DNA of 27,731 nucleotides, taken from Phycisphaerae bacterium (lineage in GTDB: Bacteria > Planctomycetota > Phycisphaerae > JAAYCJ01). The notes under the pieces were generated by a model. It saw only the letters and a list, made by a program, of their open reading frames with translations, had not been told where the DNA came from and made no database searches. This document shows positions 24,713-27,731 of the stretch, one piece after another (position 1 is the stretch's first letter; each line of letters opens with the position of its first letter). The stretch covers positions 1 to 27,731 of the forward strand of contig WFQY01000529.1 in the NCBI GenBank assembly GCA_015486815.1, in the 5' to 3' direction. The translations under genes and the position numbers were made by a program.

Positions 24713-27104
24713 CTGCCAAACCCGCATCGGAATAATCCGTTAGGCCTGACCGATAATTCCAATCTATCCACCGCTGCCAATCCTTCCGCGACATTGGCAG
24801 ACCCTGACGAACGAAAACCTCATCAGGCAGCTGATTCAACAACCATTTCATTCGCTCCAAAATTGCTCGTGTACGCTCCGGCTGACCCAACCGCTGATAC
24901 GCATTTACTATCTGAACATAACCAGCCAAAGCTATCGGCGACCTATCGTAACGGTCAACAACCTGTTCGTACGCCTTTATTGCCTTACCGTATTCGCCAA
25001 GATCGTAAAGCGAATCGGCATAATAGACATAAGCAAGCTTAAGATAACTATCTTCCAAAGTGCTGCGATTTTTCAGCGAATCCAACGCAGATATTGCCTT
25101 ACGATATGCATCTTTAGCCATAGTTAGATTCGACCGCCAACCATGCATCAAACGCCTACTTATCACTCTGTCCGACGTCTCCTTTGCTTGCGAAAGATAT
25201 TGATTCGAGACCTTCCTATAACACTGAGCTAGCAAAAATTCCGCTTCCGGAACTTCTCGCGAATTCTTATATCTCTCCATCGTTTCTTCGAGCCGAGCCA
25301 AAGCAAGGTCATATTTTCCCATCTGATAATAGAGCCTACCGAGTAGAAACAAAGCCTTTCTGTATTCCGTTGAAGCGGGAGTAAATAATTCCTGCCTCGA
25401 TGTATCATCCACTATATCCAGTAAAATCTTCTCCGCTTTACCATAGCCCTTAGGTCCCATTGCAATATATGTCGTTGCAAGTGGCACTAACGAACGCAAT
25501 CCCCAAGGTGTACGCGTGTATTCCTTAATCAATTTTTGGTAATTTTTCCGAGCGTCCGCAAATCTGTTTTCCGATTGATATATCCGAGCGAGTTTAAACA
25601 ATCCTTCCGGAATATGATTATCCGTAGGCCAATCTTGTACAAACTCTTCGAGCAGCTTGACCATACGAGCACCTCCGCCCGCCTTTTCATACGAGACGAT
25701 ACCATCCCACAACGCCTCAGCTGCATCACTATGCAATATCCCTTCGGAATGCGAAAACTCCACATAATATTTTCCCGCTTGCATATAACAATTGCGCATC
25801 TTTGCTCGTACCTTCTCCGCAAGCGACGCATCTTGAATCTTCTTCAGTCTTTTCGCTTCCGCATCGCCAAGCTGACGATACCACCCCGCAATTCGCCCGA
25901 TAAGTACATTACGCACAAGAAAATTATTCTTATCGATATGATTCAACTGCAATACCGCAAATCGAACTGCCTGTTCAAGATTATTATTTTTAGCAAGCTC
26001 ACCGAAAACCGATTCCAAAGATTTCAATATGTCCTCTTTCGATACAAGTCTGTTATTGCCAAGCTGACTCAATAAACTAAAACATTCTTTATAACTCGAT
26101 ATGGCATCATCAAATCTGTGTAAAACTATTTCCGCACGGGCGCGATATAAGACAGCTGCAAGATGATAATCGGTTAACGGATGTTCGCGAATTACGCTTT
26201 TGAAAAATGCTATCGCCTCTTCAGGTCTTTCGTCGTCGAAACAAATCCGTCCGAGCAGTAATGTAACCTTTGCATCAAGCTCACCACGCGAAGCCAATTT
26301 GTTCAGAATATCCCTGAGTGCAGGTTCAGCTAAATCCAATTGATGTTGATAATATTGCCCCAATGCCAAGCTGTATTCGAGCTGCAGTTTATTCTCCTGC
26401 TGCTTTACCCTCTTTAATGCCTGTTTGATAAGCGCGACCGCCTGCGAAAATTTCCCTTTCTTAAACAACAATTCGGTCTTCAACCCTAACACCCAGACAA
26501 AATCACTTTCCGAAAGTCCCTTTTGAGAATAAAGCCTGTTTAACGTATAGACATATCGCTTCCGGATATTATGCTTGCTCGTTCGAGGCAGAATTTTAAT
26601 AAGCTGTTTCAATATCTCTATCTTTTTGTCGCTCCCCTCTGCCAATGATTCTTCGAAATAATCCACCGCTTCATCATATTTCTTCTGCCAACTATAAATA
26701 TAACCAAGCATTAAATGTTCTTGCGCATTTAGCTTCCTTATCTCCGAAACTTTTTTCAAATGTCTGAATATTATCGAAAGCTTTTTAGGGTTATGGTCTT
26801 CGAGTGTCTTTTCCTTTATGAAAAATATTTGAGCAAGCAGACTGTTCAGATGTGCACGCTGAGTAGGCTTTAAATCCTCATCTTCGAGTAAAACCGCCGC
26901 CATTTTAGCTGATTCGAGATACTGCCCCTGTGCGAAAAATTTATCACATGCGGATATATATTGCTCAATGGATTTGCTCTTTTGAGACGATACTATACGA
27001 TATACCCCAAGCGCAGCCAGCACTATCGACAAAACCAATGTCGGTATCTGCCATCTGTCTGCCAATTCCCTTAATGCAATTTTAAACCAGCTGCTCTCAG
27101 TCAT
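24702..27104 (-). CDS. Large membrane-anchored tetratricopeptide-repeat protein (~800 aa)
   Basis: Single N-terminal TM (IPTLVLSIVLAALGVY); many TPR units, e.g. LMLGYIYSWQKKYDEAVDYFEES, LFKLARIYQSENRFADARKNYQKL, LFLLGRLYYQMGKYDLALARLEE, YYADSLYDLGEYGKAIKAYEQV; start ATG 27104 or GTG 27107. Confidence 0.9.
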   Translation of the reverse strand: MTESSWFKIALRELADRWQIPTLVLSIVLAALGVYRIVSSQKSKSIEQYISACDKFFAQGQYLESAKMAAVLLEDEDLKPTQRAHLNSLLAQIFFIKEKTLEDHNPKKLSIIFRHLKKVSEIRKLNAQEHLMLGYIYSWQKKYDEAVDYFEESLAEGSDKKIEILKQLIKILPRTSKHNIRKRYVYTLNRLYSQKGLSESDFVWVLGLKTELLFKKGKFSQAVALIKQALKRVKQQENKLQLEYSLALGQYYQHQLDLAEPALRDILNKLASRGELDAKVTLLLGRICFDDERPEEAIAFFKSVIREHPLTDYHLAAVLYRARAEIVLHRFDDAISSYKECFSLLSQLGNNRLVSKEDILKSLESVFGELAKNNNLEQAVRFAVLQLNHIDKNNFLVRNVLIGRIAGWYRQLGDAEAKRLKKIQDASLAEKVRAKMRNCYMQAGKYYVEFSHSEGILHSDAAEALWDGIVSYEKAGGGARMVKLLEEFVQDWPTDNHIPEGLFKLARIYQSENRFADARKNYQKLIKEYTRTPWGLRSLVPLATTYIAMGPKGYGKAEKILLDIVDDTSRQELFTPASTEYRKALFLLGRLYYQMGKYDLALARLEETMERYKNSREVPEAEFLLAQCYRKVSNQYLSQAKETSDRVISRRLMHGWRSNLTMAKDAYRKAISALDSLKNRSTLEDSYLKLAYVYYADSLYDLGEYGKAIKAYEQVVDRYDRSPIALAGYVQIVNAYQRLGQPERTRAILERMKWLLNQLPDEVFVRQGLPMSRKDWQRWIDWNYRSGLTDYSDAGLAASN

Positions 27105-27148
27105 CACGGGGCTCCATCCCCAATATAAATGTAATTATCAAATCTATT

Positions 27149-27511
27149 TTATTCCGTCGAGCCGGATAACATCGAATCCTTCCGATCAAATGCTTCTTTG
27201 ATCCTCAACAGCGGATAACTATCCTTCAATTGCTTTATCGCTTCAAGTCGGTGAAACACATCTTCTTCGTAAAGCCTATGCCCCGAAGATGTCCACTTAC
27301 TCTCGCGTATCAAACCCATCGCAGTATAATTATGAATCGTCTGCCTCGAAAATCCCGAAAACTCTACCACCTCACCTATCCGATAAAGCTTAGGCGGTAT
27401 AGCAGCGGAAGAAATCTGTTCGAGTTTGTGTAAAATCTCCGTAATATCCGAATCAATTTTTTCTCGCTCATCAGAAAAATTTCCGGAATTAGTTTTCATC
27501 AAAGAAACCAT
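27149..27511 (-). CDS. Small MerR-family HTH transcriptional regulator (DNA-binding domain only)
   Basis: LYRIGEVVEFSGFSRQTIHNYTAMGLI......SGHRLYEEDVFHRLEAIKQLK winged HTH; no effector domain follows. Confidence 0.9.
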   Translation of the reverse strand: MVSLMKTNSGNFSDEREKIDSDITEILHKLEQISSAAIPPKLYRIGEVVEFSGFSRQTIHNYTAMGLIRESKWTSSGHRLYEEDVFHRLEAIKQLKDSYPLLRIKEAFDRKDSMLSGSTE

Positions 27512-27731
27512 TGCCCTGTAATCCTTATGCTACACACAAACAAGAACAAAATACGAACGCCCGAATAGGCTCTGTAAAAATCATTCCGTCAAAAATCTCA
27601 TCATTCGATAAGCCCAACAATCCTGCTCTCACATCCGGTTAATTTGCATCTCGTTGTCAAAATCATCACAATCATCACACACGCTACGGGACGACTTTTA
27701 CATTTTATAAAATATCTAATACATATTTTGA

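Noticed and set aside
49-27511. Pseudogenes or programmed frameshifts in the cluster
   Set aside because: All 30 ORFs are of expected length with key motifs intact, and the junctions are tight or overlapping

Overview
One co-directional (all minus strand) flagellar superoperon of 30 intact CDS. In transcription order: merR-like regulator, membrane-anchored TPR protein, flgN-like, histidine kinase, sigma54 activator, flgB flgC fliE fliF fliG fliH fliI fliJ, ylxF/flbB-like, fliK flgD flgE flbD fliL fliN fliO fliP fliQ fliR flhB flhA flhF flhG, flgV-like, fliA. From recollection of family sequences, the proteins (especially FliA and FlhA) look planctomycete-like, possibly Phycisphaerae; this is inference, not a database result. 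Visible regulatory sites: a perfect sigma54 -24/-12 promoter before flgB with two tandem palindromic boxes upstream, and a perfect sigma28 -10 before flbD. motA/motB and fliM are missing from their usual slots, although FliG keeps its stator- and FliM-binding residues. A 214-216 bp MITE-like element with perfect terminal inverted repeats and a target duplication sits between fliE and fliF; it carries a dRS3/REP-like doublet that is itself interrupted by a 22-nt hairpin. The best candidate for an undescribed system is a motor scaffold (TPR + FlbB-like + FlgV-like proteins) with a sensor-less FlgSR-like regulatory pair. No RNA genes, CRISPR arrays or transposases were seen.
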